A DNA stretch of 64,000 nt from NCBI GenBank assembly GCA_951406725.2, contig OX597823.1:7192001-7256000 (forward strand), in the 5' to 3' direction. Positions 38,486 to 52,530 of this stretch are shown in pieces (the first letter of the stretch is position 1; every line of letters begins with the position of its first letter). This DNA comes from Octopus vulgaris. Its lineage: Eukaryota. The notes under the pieces were generated by a model. That model searched no databases and was not told the origin of the DNA. It saw only the letters and a program-made list of their open reading frames with translations. Made by a program: the position numbers and the translations under genes.

Positions 38486-39002
38486 CACATTTAACACCAA
38501 CAACAAATACATATGGGGTGCATTTATGATTGCACACATATACAAATGGCATCAAAGTCAGTCACATCAACATAAGGGGTCTGCTTTTTTTCTATAATGG
38601 ATACTAACACATACTAGAATGAAAATCCATCGATCACAAATTTGCTACAAACCCTCAAGTAGTGTATCACAGAATGAAAATCAATACCGTCAAGGTTGTA
38701 AAAAACCCTTCCCTAGATGATCTAGAATCATTTTTAGGTGGGATCTGGGCTGTAAACAAACAACAGCTGTGATGTAATGTGGTTAGGTGGGCTACAGAAT
38801 GAGTACTGAGCAAACAACTCTTCCAAAACTTATAATATCAACAGCGAATCACTCCTGATGGTTGCTGCAAAATGGCACAATGGGGAATCACCAGGGAGAG
38901 ACTTGATTATCAGTTACTGGCACAGAAAGTTCATACTCTACAGAGCAGCCCACATTAACCTCTCAAAGAACAATAAATGCTGAGATTGTTGTGCCACGCT
39001 GG

Positions 39003-40809
39003 TTGTCATTCTAGTTTTATTCACAGTCCCAAAAGATACAATATTCTCATCAATTCCGAGATATTTGTAACATCAAAGTAAAGGTAGGTTACCTTCTCAA
39101 GTCATGCCGACTCATAAGGGCTGGTTTCCCCAGTTTCCATGGCATATAAACCCCCCACCTGGATGGGACACTGGTTCATCACAGGATTACTAATTTTCTG
39201 CAAAGAGCACCATACGAGTGTGATCGTTGACAGAGCAGCTAACCGGCTTCCGTGCCAGTGGCACATAAAAGGCACCATTCGAGTGTGATTGTTACCAGCA
39301 TCACCTTACTGGCACTTGTGCCCCATGCTAGTAGGGTGTTAAGAGCACCATCCGAGTGTGATCGTTGCCAGAGCGGCTAAATGGCTAAATTTCTATTGCA
39401 TGAACAACACTCCTAGCTTAAAACCATATGTATGTAGCCAAAAACTAGAAGCCCAGAGCATGCTTGAATATAACATATGAATTATATACAGGTTGCTCAA
39501 ATGCATTCCTTCAGGATAACTACGAAACACACAATGTGATTACAGAAAAGTAGGCAGGAGGAAAGGAAAGAGTTTGGTGCTGTGCTAAACAACTCCTGAT
39601 CAGCAAAACTGTCCTTAAAAAAGTAAAATAGCATACCAACACTTGCTGACTGCATGGTGAGATTATATGAAGGCATGTGACTCTGTCTCTCACTTGTGGG
39701 TTTAGAGTCACAATGCTTTGCTAAGGTTTCAACTGCTGTAGTTAGTGCCATTAAGAGGCTGACAACAATATTGCCCACAGAACTATAATTAAGAACAGAT
39801 GCTACCACAACAGCCACTAACAGAATTAGACTACCAACATGAATATTTCAAAGTGACATAGTAATGGAGGTCGGTTAGGACAAGCGTTCACACAAGGAAA
39901 GATTGTTGACCAGATAGGAAATATGAATATCAATGGCCTATTTATTTCCCCAATCATCAGTGATGAATGCTACAAACAGTGGAGGCGTGTGACTTGGTGG
40001 TTAGGGTGTTGGCCCCATGATTGTAAGATTGTGGTTTTGATTCCTGGATCGGGCAACATGTTGTGTTCTTGAGCAAAACACTTCATTTCATGTTGCTCCA
40101 GTCCACTCAGCTGGCATCATCATCATCGTTTAACATCTGCTTTTCATGCTAGCATGGGTTGGACGATTTGACTGAGGGCTGGTGAACCAGATGGCTGCAC
40201 CAGGCTTCAATCTTGATCTGGCAGAGTTTCTACAGCTGGATGCCCTTCCTAATGCCAACCACTCCGAGAGTATAGTGGGTGCTTTTATGTGCCACTGGCA
40301 CGGGGGCCAGCCAGGCGGTACTGGCAATGACCTCGCTTGAATCTTTTTACACATGCCACCGGCACAAGTGCCAGAAGGCGACGCTGGTAATGATCACGCT
40401 CGAATGGTGCCTTTTATGTGCCACCGGCACAGAAGCCATTTAGCCGCTCTGGCAATGATCACGCTCGGATGGTGCTCTTGACACCCTACTAGCACAGGGC
40501 ACAAGTGCCAGTAAGGTGATGCTGGTAACAATCACACTCGAATGGTGCCTTTTATGTGCCACTGGCACGGAAGCCGGTTAGCTGCTCTGTCAACGATCAC
40601 ACTCATATGGTGCTCTTTGCAGAAAATTAGTAATCCTGTGATGAACCAGTGTCCCATCCAGGTGGGGGGTTTATATGCCATGGAAACTGGGGAAACCAGC
40701 CCTTATGAGTCAGCAGAAGGTAACCTACCTTTACTTTGATGTTACAAATATCTTGGAATTGATGAGAATATTGCATCTTTTGGGACTGTGAATAAAACTA
40801 GAGTGGCAA
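39003..40809. repeat. About 380-bp inverted duplication (39003-39386 / 40434-40809)
   Basis: Arms are near-identical reverse complements and span LINE, SINE and array pieces. Confidence 0.92.
40117..40620 (-). mobile_element. RTE-type 3' end with variant tandem cores, adjoining a SINE C-like head (39980-40115)
   Basis: Tail motif plus GTGCCAC(C/T)GGCAC cores. Confidence 0.8.
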
Positions 40810-42399
40810 AGGGATACTTCAGTAGGCTTTGGAAAATATGGGAGTCAGAGCTATCTACATTCAATAAAATTATATCTCACAATCTTTTCACAACATCAAC
40901 ACTAACACCAACATTTGAGATACTAGACTGGACACTTGAAGAATTCTGCAACTTGGACATTAAGGCCAGGAAGAGACTAACAAAGGCCAGAAGCTTTCAC
41001 ATCAGCAGTGACAGAAACAAAATCTGTGTTAAACAGAGGGATGGAAGTAGAGGCATAAGATTGGTCCTGGTGGTAGTTGAGTGCCACATTATGTTACTTA
41101 GACCTACTAAACAGCTAAGAGGGAATTGAGTACATCACATGTCTATTCATCTGCAAAAGTAACAGCATCAGAAGATTAGATGAAGAACTGAGCAACTAGT
41201 CTCAGGGTACAGCTGTTCTGTGTGAAACAAGAATGGCTGGACTGAGTAACTTAAATAGAAACTTGGAAAAGAAATACTTATCACACCAGCAGAAAGTTAA
41301 GCATGGGTGTATGTCTCACAGGCTGGAGAATGCCAGCAAGCAGCCTCTTCTGGACCTGCAATAAGCACATCTCATCTCATCAAGAAGGCTGTGCTTTTAC
41401 TACCCAGGAAAAAGAGACAACTACTAAATACCTGATCAACAAAAGAGATATGGATGTCTCTACCCCCATGATGTGATAGAAAATGTTGATTATGCTATAC
41501 TAATGTGGAAGGTATCACTCATATTAACAGCAGTTGCCCCAACATATTTACAAGATATTACCTTCCTTGAGACACAACATTACTGCACGGACAGTTTGAA
41601 ATGTTATATGCAAGAAGGATTTCCTGACAGCCATACTAAAAGCACAGCAGAACAAAAGAGTGTTTACAGCTTAAAAATGAAAGAAAACTAGTGGAACATT
41701 CCAATAAAACCCAGTGTAAGCCCAAGCCAGTGTAAGCCCAAGCCAAATATTGCTGTATGGGGCAGGGAGCAAAAGCTATGCATCATTATATGTTCAGTGA
41801 CCCAGTGGATGTGAATAATTCAAAAATTAAGGAAAAGGAGAATAATTAGGGAGAACTGATCTATAGCCCTTTTACCCAGGATATATATTATATTTGTTCT
41901 TATTATCATGCATATCATTGAGCAACATACCAACAGATTTTCTTGGGCTCTGCAAAACAAAACAGAGCAGACAGATTTGCATTTTCCAGATTCAATCAAT
42001 TATAGGAACAGTAAAATTTGGAAAAATATTTCAGGATTATCCATTTAAGATACCTAGGTTGACGTATGCACACAATCACATACACGTATGGAATATATAA
42101 GCATGCACATACACAGACAATAATGAAACATACATACGCACTTGCGCTCTTTTGTGACATGCACACCCACAAGTAGAAGCTTATTTATCTACCTGCTCAA
42201 AACACACACAAATATGCATACATCACCTAATTCAGCTAATTACAGACCCTAAGAGCTGCCATGACTTAAGCAGAAGAACTTTGGTACTTTCTTAGTCATT
42301 GGCTTGAATTCTGTAATGGTAAAAAAAAAAGAAAAGAAAGAGAATAACTATGGACAACTGCTTTGAAAGATCCAGTTTCTATATCCAGATTATAAATTC

Positions 42400-42660
42400 A
42401 CATTTATACCAACAATAATCAATGCATCTGGTTTTGCAAGTAAATGCCTAAGTGACAATCTGGATAAGCTAGGAATTTCAGAGAAAGAAATCGACCAATT
42501 AACTCACGCACTACAAATACAATCTATAAGTGGACCAGTGAAAATATGCAAGACTTTTCTCAAGTTAAAATGTGACATTGTTTTTGCTATCTGCATTTCA
42601 ATGATGGAGCTTTGTATCTTTGTTAGAAACCAGATCCTTCCTCAGAGAAAGAATTTAAAT
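42400..42660 (+). pseudogene. Second R4-like LINE 3' fragment
   Basis: ASGFASKCLSDNLDKLGISEKEIDQLTHALQIQSISGPVKICKTFLKL, paralogous to 41975-42040. Confidence 0.7.
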
Positions 42661-45600
42661 AATTATAATTAAAAACAAAGGAGAACATTCACGCACACAC
42701 ATGCACACACATGTACATACATAAAACTTTCCAGAAGTTTATCATTTAAGTGTATATGGGCATGTCTAGATATGTAAGTATATGCATGAGAAGACGTACA
42801 TAAAACAAAACATTCAAATCTGCACATATACATATATACAAAAATACCCTTTTTGATAATGAAATTTCAATGAAGGAGCCTTGGATATAGGTTAGAAACC
42901 AGCTCTTTTCTGTTGGCAAGAAATCTTGAAATAAAACTGAATAATGACACACACACACGCATTAAATGTATATGCATTTTGTGCCTGTTTGTGTTTATGT
43001 TTATTTGTGTAAATTTGTTATGTTTAAAGCATATCTTAGACTGAAATAAGAATAGGGATTGATATGATTAGTTAAAACCCTTGAAAGCAGTGCCCTAATA
43101 TGATTATAGTCTACTTACTAAAACTAGAAAATGAATTTAAAAAATGATTTGCGTTGTAATACGAGCAATATCATTCATTTCCAATATTGTGTGAGAATAC
43201 GTCAGGCCATGGGGAAATATTACGTTGCCTAGAAATAGGAGAGTGATAGGAAGAGTGTCTAATTGAAGAAAATCTTCTGCAATAAACTCCATCGTATCCG
43301 TGCAAGCATAGGAAAAGGACTTTAAAGTGGTTATGATGATGAATAAAAACTCTATTAAGTAAACAGAGACATCTAACACATAAAATGTGTATAAAATATA
43401 ATGTAACTAATCAAAGCCAAGGACTACCAAGGGTGTCATCATTGTAGAATGTTAACTACTATATATTGTGTTATTTTGTACCCTATTCACAGATAATTCC
43501 CAAACTGGTGGTTGTATATTAATCTATAACTAATCTTAATCTATAACTAATCTATATAAAAGTTATTTTCCAAAACTGTAAAAAAAGGTAAAACCCCAAA
43601 ACAAAATTTCTTGTATTGCGCAAGCTTTTGAATCTTACAAACTACAATATGTAATTTTATTAAGTTGTAATTAAAGTTTTATATTCAATATTTAACAATT
43701 TTAAATTACGATATAGAAATAGCACAAATCCTAAACCTCAAACTAATGTTTTATCATATCTGTCTTATTTATCTTTTTGTGAGAATCCTAACAGTTGTTT
43801 TAGTCTGTCATCCCTGCCACAATTGAAAGTCTAAATAACAATAATAATAATATACTGGGTTGATTCAATGAAATATATTTTCTTACTGTGTAAAATGTAG
43901 CCTTCTTTATTGTCAAAAGAAATCAATATTCTAAATTTAAACAGCTTTTATTTTCAATTTATATTCATTGATTACTACAATAAAATATATAATATGCAAG
44001 AAATTGAAGGGATTATTATTTTGCATGTTAGAATTCTAGGATAAAAAAACAAAAAAAAAAAGCCTTCCAAATCACAAATTGAGGTTTGTAATCCCTAATC
44101 ATCATGATTACTTTACTGCTTATTGCTATAACTTTATTGCTATCAGCCACTCTGTCTACATTTGTTCTCATCATTTATTGCTGCTGTCTATTTTCCTTTC
44201 ACTACATTTCCAATGAGGTGTAATTTATTTTTGGATGTCCCATGTGTATTTTAATTAAAAAAAAAAAAAACCTTGGGGAGGACATAACCTCTACTGAATC
44301 ACAAATTTTAGTTTGGAGACTTTAATTATGAAGTTTAGCTTCAAGGGAAGGGTTTTTGCTATTTTCCTCATCTCCTATGAGGGGCTATGTGAAATATTTG
44401 TTTTCCCCTCCCACTCCCTCCCATCATAAAACGCTGCTAGAATCTCTCTATTAATATCATTGCTATCATTCCTTTTGATTTCAAGCAACATCCCAACTGT
44501 CATAGAGAAACATCCACCACTGTCTACATTCAATACCCCTTGAATGGTCAACAATTACTCAAGGGAATTAGATATAAAAAAATTAACAGCCTTATTATAT
44601 AGCTCTTTTGCCAATAAAAAAAAAGTAAATGCATACTATAAAAAAAATGGATAAAACTAAAAAAAATAATCTAAAATAAAAATTATAACCCAAAGGCTTT
44701 CTAAATTATAGAAGGAGCTGAGACCTAAAAAAAAAGTAGGAAAAAATTAAACAAAAACAAAAAAAAAGATACTGAGAATAAATACAAACATGTGAACATA
44801 TCAATTTCTGTTAAAATTACTTTCCTACATACATATCTTCATCATCAGTGTGATGTGATAGATGTATGAAGTTTTATGATATCATTATCAAGCTAATACT
44901 ATTAGTTTTATTTTCTTTTTCTTACTTTGATTACAGTTGTTTTAGCTGTTATTATTGTTATTGTTGTCATTGTCAATCCCACTTGCATCACACGCCCAAA
45001 CCCTCTCCAATACCACAGAACTATCAATAATTATTATAATCTTATTAAAAGCAAAAAGGCTTCATACTATTGAAAAATAAATGAAAAATATAATAAAAAA
45101 ATTTTCTATTTTTTTAGTTCTCTCTTGTTTATGTAATTTTGTTTCTTTTCTTCTTTAGTTTTTTTTTTTCTTCTCCTAGTCTTGCACATGCTCTTTCTCT
45201 GTCATTTTAGTTTCATTCGATCTGTTTTTAGCTTTTCTATGTTTGCTTTTTTATTTTAATTTCTCTCCATCCATTTTTTTTCCTTTTTTGCTTTCTCTTA
45301 CTCAGTTTCCCCTTTTCCTATGTTTCTTTCTTGTCTATTTCTATTAATGATTTAGTTTCTGCTCATCCTTATATAACTAAAAGAAAAATAGCCAGTAGTG
45401 AAAAAACAAAAGCTAACAGAAATTATGGAAAAACTGAGGAAAAAAAAAAATTAGAAATTATTAAAAAAAATCAGCTACAGAAAAGGAGAGAAAGGAATTT
45501 TGATGAAAGAGTCTAAGTTGGGAGACTGGTATGTCTTTAATGTTGCTAATTAATTCAGAAGAATTAGAGAGAGGTACAGTAAAAGGATGGATTTCTTTGA

Positions 45601-45818
45601 ACATAACAGAGATCAGATTGATTTAGGTTATGTACAACAGAAAATTAATAATGTTGAGGAAAATTTTAACATTACCAATTCTGTTTAAGATAATGGTGGA
45701 ATTTAATAGGGAACAGATCAAAGATTCCGACACTAGAAAAAAGATAGCGAGTGTAAAATATAGACGAAAACAAGGAGAGAATTTTGCACAATATAAAGAA
45801 ATATATATATATATATAT

Positions 45819-45819
<1 letters not shown>

Positions 45820-45905
<86 letters not shown>

Positions 45906-45925
45906 TGTATGTATTTATATGTGTG

Positions 45926-45968
<43 letters not shown>
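45820..45968. repeat. (GATA)n and (TA)n microsatellites
   Basis: Directly visible. Confidence 0.95.
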
Positions 45969-45970
<2 letters not shown>

Positions 45971-48329
45971 GAAACAAAGAAACTAATACTATAACAGGAT
46001 ATTTTTTAAATATGTAATAGAATTGAGAAGCAATATAAAAAGGGGCAGAATGTAGTAAAAATTAAAGGGGAAAATAAATATATAAAGAACTCACAGACTA
46101 TAAGATCATTGGAGAAATACTGAAATTTCAGAACTGTTATTGAAAGGACAGAACCAATATTGTCATAATTAGGAACGTTTGAAGACAATAGAATGATCTT
46201 CTGCCAATATGTTGTTGTACAAATATCCAGTTTCAATTAAAATGGAGAGCATGACAATCAGGCTAATCTTCAATGGAATAAAACTCCCAAAGATAAAGAA
46301 AGAGTAATTATAGATAAATAGATTGTCCTATCTACAGGTCATATATCTCAATCCATGATCTATTTTCATCCACTTCCCCTAGATTTTCCATATTCCATTT
46401 AGTCTTTATACCTTTTCATTTATGTTTCCTATCACTCTCTATTCTTTTCACTCCTTTGTTTTCACAAACTGCTCTCTGCTGCTTTTCTTTACTAAATACC
46501 AATAAGCAAGCTTAAATGTTTAATCACATATCTATATCTATACATATATTTAAAAAGCTTTCTGATTTTTAAGAAATACTTTTATGAATATAAAGCATAT
46601 CATCTAATCCAACCTTTGATAATAACATTTATAAATAAATAATTGATATGTTGTAATACAGTTCATTGATTCCACTTATGATAGGAGTATGAGTATAGCA
46701 ACTGAATTTGATCAGAATATTGTGTATGCAATTTATATATTCATGGTAAACCTTCTAAGTATTTTTCTTAGCTATAACTGAATTATCACTGAATTGTTTT
46801 CATATATCAATATTTACATGTTATTTCAGCATTTTATTGTACTTTCAAAAGGGCTCGTAAGGAATCACAGAACATTATTAATTTCCTTTTGATTTAAGAC
46901 AGTAGGTAATTAAAGATTTTCCTACACGTAAGAACAGGAATAAATTATATTATATAGTTTTCCATTTATTTCCCACATGCTAACAGAAAATAGACCTCTT
47001 CTGATCTTGATGGTAGAATAAACACACAGCACATAGGTTACAAGTACAGGTTAAAATAGGAAAGAATTCAAACATAATCAATGTAACAGACTGCCATATA
47101 CCTGAACAATCAAGAGAAATTTTACATAATTGTAATTGCAATTACATGTACACATTTTCAGGTTTTACAAAGTTAACTGAATAATTTCTGTTGCAGAATG
47201 TGTTGATATATATTTTCTTTCTTATAAAATCAAAGTAGAAATTATTCTATCAACACTAGATGAAGCTAATGTCAAAAGGGAGAGAAGAGGAGGGGGAGGG
47301 AGAACATAAAATTTGACAGCCCAGCCATGACTGATAGTGACTTCTCTTTCACAGCCAAAACATGGCTCACAGATTACTCATCTCTGATTGGTTAAAATAA
47401 CACGTGACAATAGTGAAACTAAACTGAGCTTGCTACAAGAGCATCTCATTCAGTATAGTCATATGGCTATAATTTTCAGTGAAGCCAGAATATTCACTGA
47501 GAAAGCAAGTTTTAGAATTTACATGGCACGCATAAGATTTTAAAGACAATAATATTTTCATTCATTCATCCACATAAAACTGATGCAAGTATTGAGAAAA
47601 CTGAGTTTAAAGTTAAAATATTCATTCATACTTTCATTTACATAAAACACAAGATATCAAACAATGAAAGACCTTACATGCGTTGAAAAGAATAATAAAA
47701 AATTTTGATTATTCTTTATTTTTTTCAGTATATTTTCAGACTAATAAACTATAACAACAACAATGAGCTTTTATTCTATTGTTACAAAGATCATGAATGA
47801 GAAAGGATATTACAAATATTGGTTACAAAAGTGTTGAGATTTACAATGAAATCTGATGAATGAAAAAAGAAAGATCAGGAAAAATAGTATCCGTGCTATA
47901 CAAATATTTATGATGAAACCTCAAGAGGAGGACTATTGCCTAAGGCCAGTCAAAGAATCTACAGGCCCAGGATTACCCAAACTAAAATTGGTAAGTACTC
48001 TTTCTCAGATGTCATTCTCTAACCTATAAACATATGCTAACAGAAGGCTTATTCAAGTAGATAATGCTCACCATTTTCACCAGCATTCTACAGATTTACT
48101 TCTTCCTCTTCCCACACTCCTTCCTATCACCAATCCACACTTGTTTCTAATGATGATCTTCTTCCAGTTCCTGTCAACTAAATTTCATTCACAAAGCACT
48201 GGATATACCCTGACATTTTGAAGTACACATTAGTACATCACATTCCACCCCCTAAAAAACAACCCATCTAATCTAGCAAACTATTGAGCTTTTCGTCTCA
48301 CCTGTAACATCTCTCAGGTAATGGAGACA

Positions 48330-49520
48330 ACCATTAACCTTCTCCAAAACCTTGAATTTCTCTCTCTCTTTCTCTCTCTTGTCTTCTCTCCTCCTCACTG
48401 ATCCCCAGTATTGCTTCCTTGGAGCCAGATCCACTGCCACCCAACTCTCTTATGTCTCTTGCCAATTGATTCTTGCTACGGAGACACTTGGTGAAAACAA
48501 TTTTATTACCATGGACAACAGCAAAGTTTTCAACCATGTCTGGAATGCAAATCTCCTATCAATACTTCCCACCTGTCTCTCCTGTCCTGGTTCAGTAGCT
48601 TCCTGTCCAATCACACTATCAGGATATGTGTTGATCAAGCTCTTTCTTCCCCATTCTCCGTCAAGCCTGGAGTTATTCCAAGGTTTAACTTTGTCCACCA
48701 CTCTCTTTCTCAATGACCTACTTTCTGACACATCCAACAACACCCACTCTTATGCAGATGACACGATTCTTCATTCTTCCTTAACTTACCCTAGTCATGT
48801 ATCAACAGCATGCAGCCTATATTCCTTCACACTAAATCTGCATTGATTCCATGAACAGAGACCTTGTGAGTCTTCTGTGAGGCTATGCCAATCAATTTTC
48901 TATAGCACACAAAAAAAAAAATTCAATCACTGCTCATATCAAGAAATTATCACCAAAGTATGTATCTACTAAACATGAACAGCATTCAGCTTGAGCCCTA
49001 ACAATCATTCCTAAATCTTGGGCCTCCCTATCATCAAGTATCTCTCCTGGCAAAAGCACATCCTTAACATAACAAAGACAGTATCCCAAAGACTGACTCT
49101 TCTCTTCATGACCAGAAATTATCTTAACTCCCAACAGCTGCTAACACATTACAAGACTCAAGAGAGGACACAGTGGAGCACTGCTCCCACATCTGGGTTG
49201 GTACTGCTGCTATGCACAGAGGCATCCTGGACATAGGCATCCAGAAAAGAGCCATCTGACTAAGTGGAATTCAATTATTAACAGACATGTTCCAGCCTCT
49301 TGCCTATAAATGTGATATCTTCACTCTTTCTTTTCTACAATATTACAATTGCTTTTGTCCCTTAGAGCTAATTGGTCTTCATACCTCCATCACTCAGGAA
49401 CCTCTGTTCTACTTATCTTTCTGGTGCATCCAACCCTACACTAACCATCATGGCTAGTTCTTTCTTCTTAGAACATTGGCCTTCAGGAATCTTCATCATG
49501 CTTGCCTTTCCTGCAGGTGT
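48330..49520 (+). pseudogene. LINE reverse transcriptase remnant (Jockey/CR1-Zenon-like)
   Basis: LLTDPQYCFLGARST...MDNSKVFNHVW...LFLNDLL...HSYADDTIL; frameshifted. Confidence 0.85.
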
Positions 49521-49904
49521 TGATACTCTCTTTACTCTCTTTTACCTGTTTCAGTCATTTGACTGTGGCCATGCTGGAGCATCACCTTTAGTCCAGCAAA
49601 TCGATCCCAGGACTTATTCTTTGTAAGCCTAGTACTTATTCTGTCAGTTTCTTTTGCCAAACTGCTAAGTTATGGGGATGTAAAAACATCAAGCTAACTG
49701 ATCTTGAAAGGCCTGCAAAGGCTATGGGCAATGCCACTTTCTCCAAACTCAATAAGTGAAAAAACACAGCCATAGTAAAAAAAAATTTATAGTGTGCACA
49801 CAGTGGAAGTGAACCTCAAACCACATTGTTCTGAAAGAAACTTCCTAACTACACAGCCATGTCTACACTTATATGCACCTGTGTGTATGAGTGTGTATGT
49901 GTGT

Positions 49905-50287
49905 GGAAGCACTCCGTCGGTTACGACGACGAGGGTTCTGGTTGATCCGAATCAACGGAATAGCCTGCTCATGAAATTAACGTGTAAGTGGCTGAGCACT
50001 CCACAGACACGTGTACCCTTAACGTAGTTCTCGGGGATATTCAGCATGACACAGAGAGTGACAAGGCCGGCCCTTTGAAATACAGGTACAACAGAAACAG
50101 GAAGTAAGAGTGAGAGAAAGTTGTGGTGAAAGAGTACAGCAGGGATCACCACCATCCCCTGCCGGAGCCTCATGGAGCTTTAGGTGTTTTTGCTCAATAA
50201 ACACTCACAACGCTCGGTCTGGGAATCGAAACTGCGATCCTATGACCGCGAGTCCGCTGCCCTAACCACTGGGCCATTGCGCCTCCA
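49905..50287 (-). mobile_element. SINE family C, tail type 2
   Basis: Reverse complement of 24901-25281. Confidence 0.9.
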
Positions 50288-50639
50288 TGTATGTGTACAA
50301 CTGTATTTAAGACACTTATGCACACTCAGATGTCAATAGACCTTTGTTGCAGAAATTGTCTTGAGAGAAGAATTTCCATGTCTGAAAATATATCACTGGG
50401 CTACAAATGATGTAGGACACATGTATTTCTGCATCGTTATGCATCATCAGCTATAAACATCGAATCATCCTTCATGGCCCACTAAGAAATAAATCATTCT
50501 TATATTTAAGTAGTTGATGGGTGCTAAGCTTGGTCCAGCTGAAATTAATTTCCATATCCAAATGTTCACTGATATATGATTGTGTACACACATATACAAT
50601 TGTATGTATATATATATATATATATATTTCAATTAACAC

Positions 50640-50843
50640 TGCTTCATGTGTCTCAGTTCCACATAAAAAGCACCCAGTGTGTTCTGGGAAGTGGTTGACA
50701 TCCAGCTGTAGAGACTAAGCCAAAACAGACTATGGAACCTGGTGCAGCCTTGCCAGTTCCTGTCAAGCTGTCCAACGCATGCCAACATGCTAAACAGAGT
50801 TAAATGATGATGATCATGATGATGATGATGGTGATGATGATGG

Positions 50844-50890
<47 letters not shown>

Positions 50891-50933
50891 GTGGTGATGA
50901 TGATGATGATGATGATGATGGTGATGGTGATGG

Positions 50934-50968
<35 letters not shown>

Positions 50969-51200
50969 GTGATGGTGATGGTGGTGGTGATGATGATGAT
51001 GATGATGATGATGATTGTTATTATTTAATGTCTGTCTTCCATGCTGGCATGGGTTGGAGATATTGACAGGATCCAACAAACCGGAGAACTGTGTTGAGCT
51101 CCAATGTCTGTTTCGAGATGATTTCTACAGTTGGATATCTTTTCTCAGACCCAATATTTTACAGAATGTACTGGAAGCAATTTTGGGGGACACTAGTAAC
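50640..51200. mobile_element. Two old RTE-type tails facing each other across a ~210-bp (GAT/GGT)n tract
   Basis: Plus-strand tail 50640-50805, repeat 50805-51015, minus-strand tail 51020-51200. Confidence 0.7.
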
Positions 51201-52530
51201 TTGCAAGACAAAGAAAAGATCTTTGACTGAATAGTGTGATAGTAGGAAGGGAGGTGGCTTTACACCAGATGTTGACAGGCTGAAGCATGACTGAAGGACA
51301 AGCACAGATGTTTTGCTATAGAGGGATACAGGGCTACCCTGCATTATATAAGGGTAGATGGGAGTAGCTGGAAAGAAGACAATGATGGTGGTGAGGAGGT
51401 GTCAGGGTGTACCCTCATGATACAAGAAGGTGAGTGTAAGAGAGAATACAAAAAAAGAATCAGAAAGTTTGGATGGAGAAATTCATTAAGGTGTGAGAGG
51501 AGAGTGACAAATGGTTAGAGATGGGTGTAGAGTGAATGTATGGAATGGAGCAAGGGTGGTTGGTGTTAAATATCAGTATAGCAGGAGGAAGATGCGAAAA
51601 ATTAGAATTGCTCAGGAAAGAGGAAGTGATAAGTGGCACTACAAGAAGGGATGAGATCAACAGCACCTTTATGTAGATCAGAAAATGTAGATGACATGCA
51701 AGGTGGGGGAGTTGGATTGAGCATGAGAAACAGATGTACAGAGGTAGAGATAGACGTGAGAGGTACATAGGGATGGCTATAGTGAGTGGTGGGGTCAAGG
51801 GCAGATATGCCAGAGTATAAAAATGAAAGCAGATAAGAGAAGGTGTTAAAGATATGGTAATAGCAATCCTAACATGTATCACAGGGAGACACAGAAAGTG
51901 TGATTAGTACAAAAGAAAGTGGGAATATTGGGAATAAAGAATGAGTTTTAAAAGGAAGGGGTTCCATGAAAAGGGGAGGTAACTGGTAGCATAAAGGAGA
52001 ATAAGGAATTTACATATTCTGCTCATGATTATAGCTGCTGAATAGTACTGAAGTTGGAAGAGTGAATGAATGATGCTAGGAAGATGAGAGGCAAGGAAGG
52101 CTTGATGGGGACAAATTGAATGCAGGGAAAGGGACCAGTGAGTGTATAGACATACACATAATGCTTTTAGGGTCTCACTACCATTGAAATGCATGGGTCT
52201 TCTCAAGAACAGTGAATCATCAGTCATTTCAGCCCTGAATCATCTCCCCAAGAACCTCAACTTCATCCGATATCCTTCTGGGTCTCCATGTTCCTCACTG
52301 TGCTTCCAGAAACTGTTTTACTGGGATGGGCAGGTCTTCTCAATTACTGCGTATCACCAGTCATCTTGGTCTTCTGTCCTCTTCTCCATGAGGTCCTGAG
52401 ATCAGCCTTCACTACCTCATCCCATATCTTCTTGTGTCTTCCTCTTCTGCAAGCACCATCCACATTAAGGGATCAGTACTTCTTTTTACAGCTCTCCTCA
52501 TACATATGCATCACATGTAGAAACCAGAGA
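51020..52530 (-). mobile_element. RTE LINE 3' part: ORF end plus about 1.3-kb strand-skewed 3' UTR plus conserved tail
   Basis: rc of 52325-52530 gives WFLHVMHM...VDGACRRGRHKKIWDEVVKADL...W*YAVIEKTC. Confidence 0.7.

Larger units (their letters stand above)
38600..42060 (+). pseudogene. R4/Dong-clade (RLE endonuclease) LINE, decayed and rearranged
   Basis: SPGRDLIISYW; YKYLGIDE; KIWESELSTFNKI...DWTLEEF..LDIKARK...RDGSRGI; C..C...H....C knuckle near 41480-41545; KPNI.VW...KIKEK endonuclease region. Confidence 0.85.

Noticed and set aside
47880-48000. Host exon ending at TG|GTAAGT (similar donors near 24810, 61607, 62165)
   Set aside because: No convincing acceptor plus recognisable peptide; cannot be supported without RNA data.
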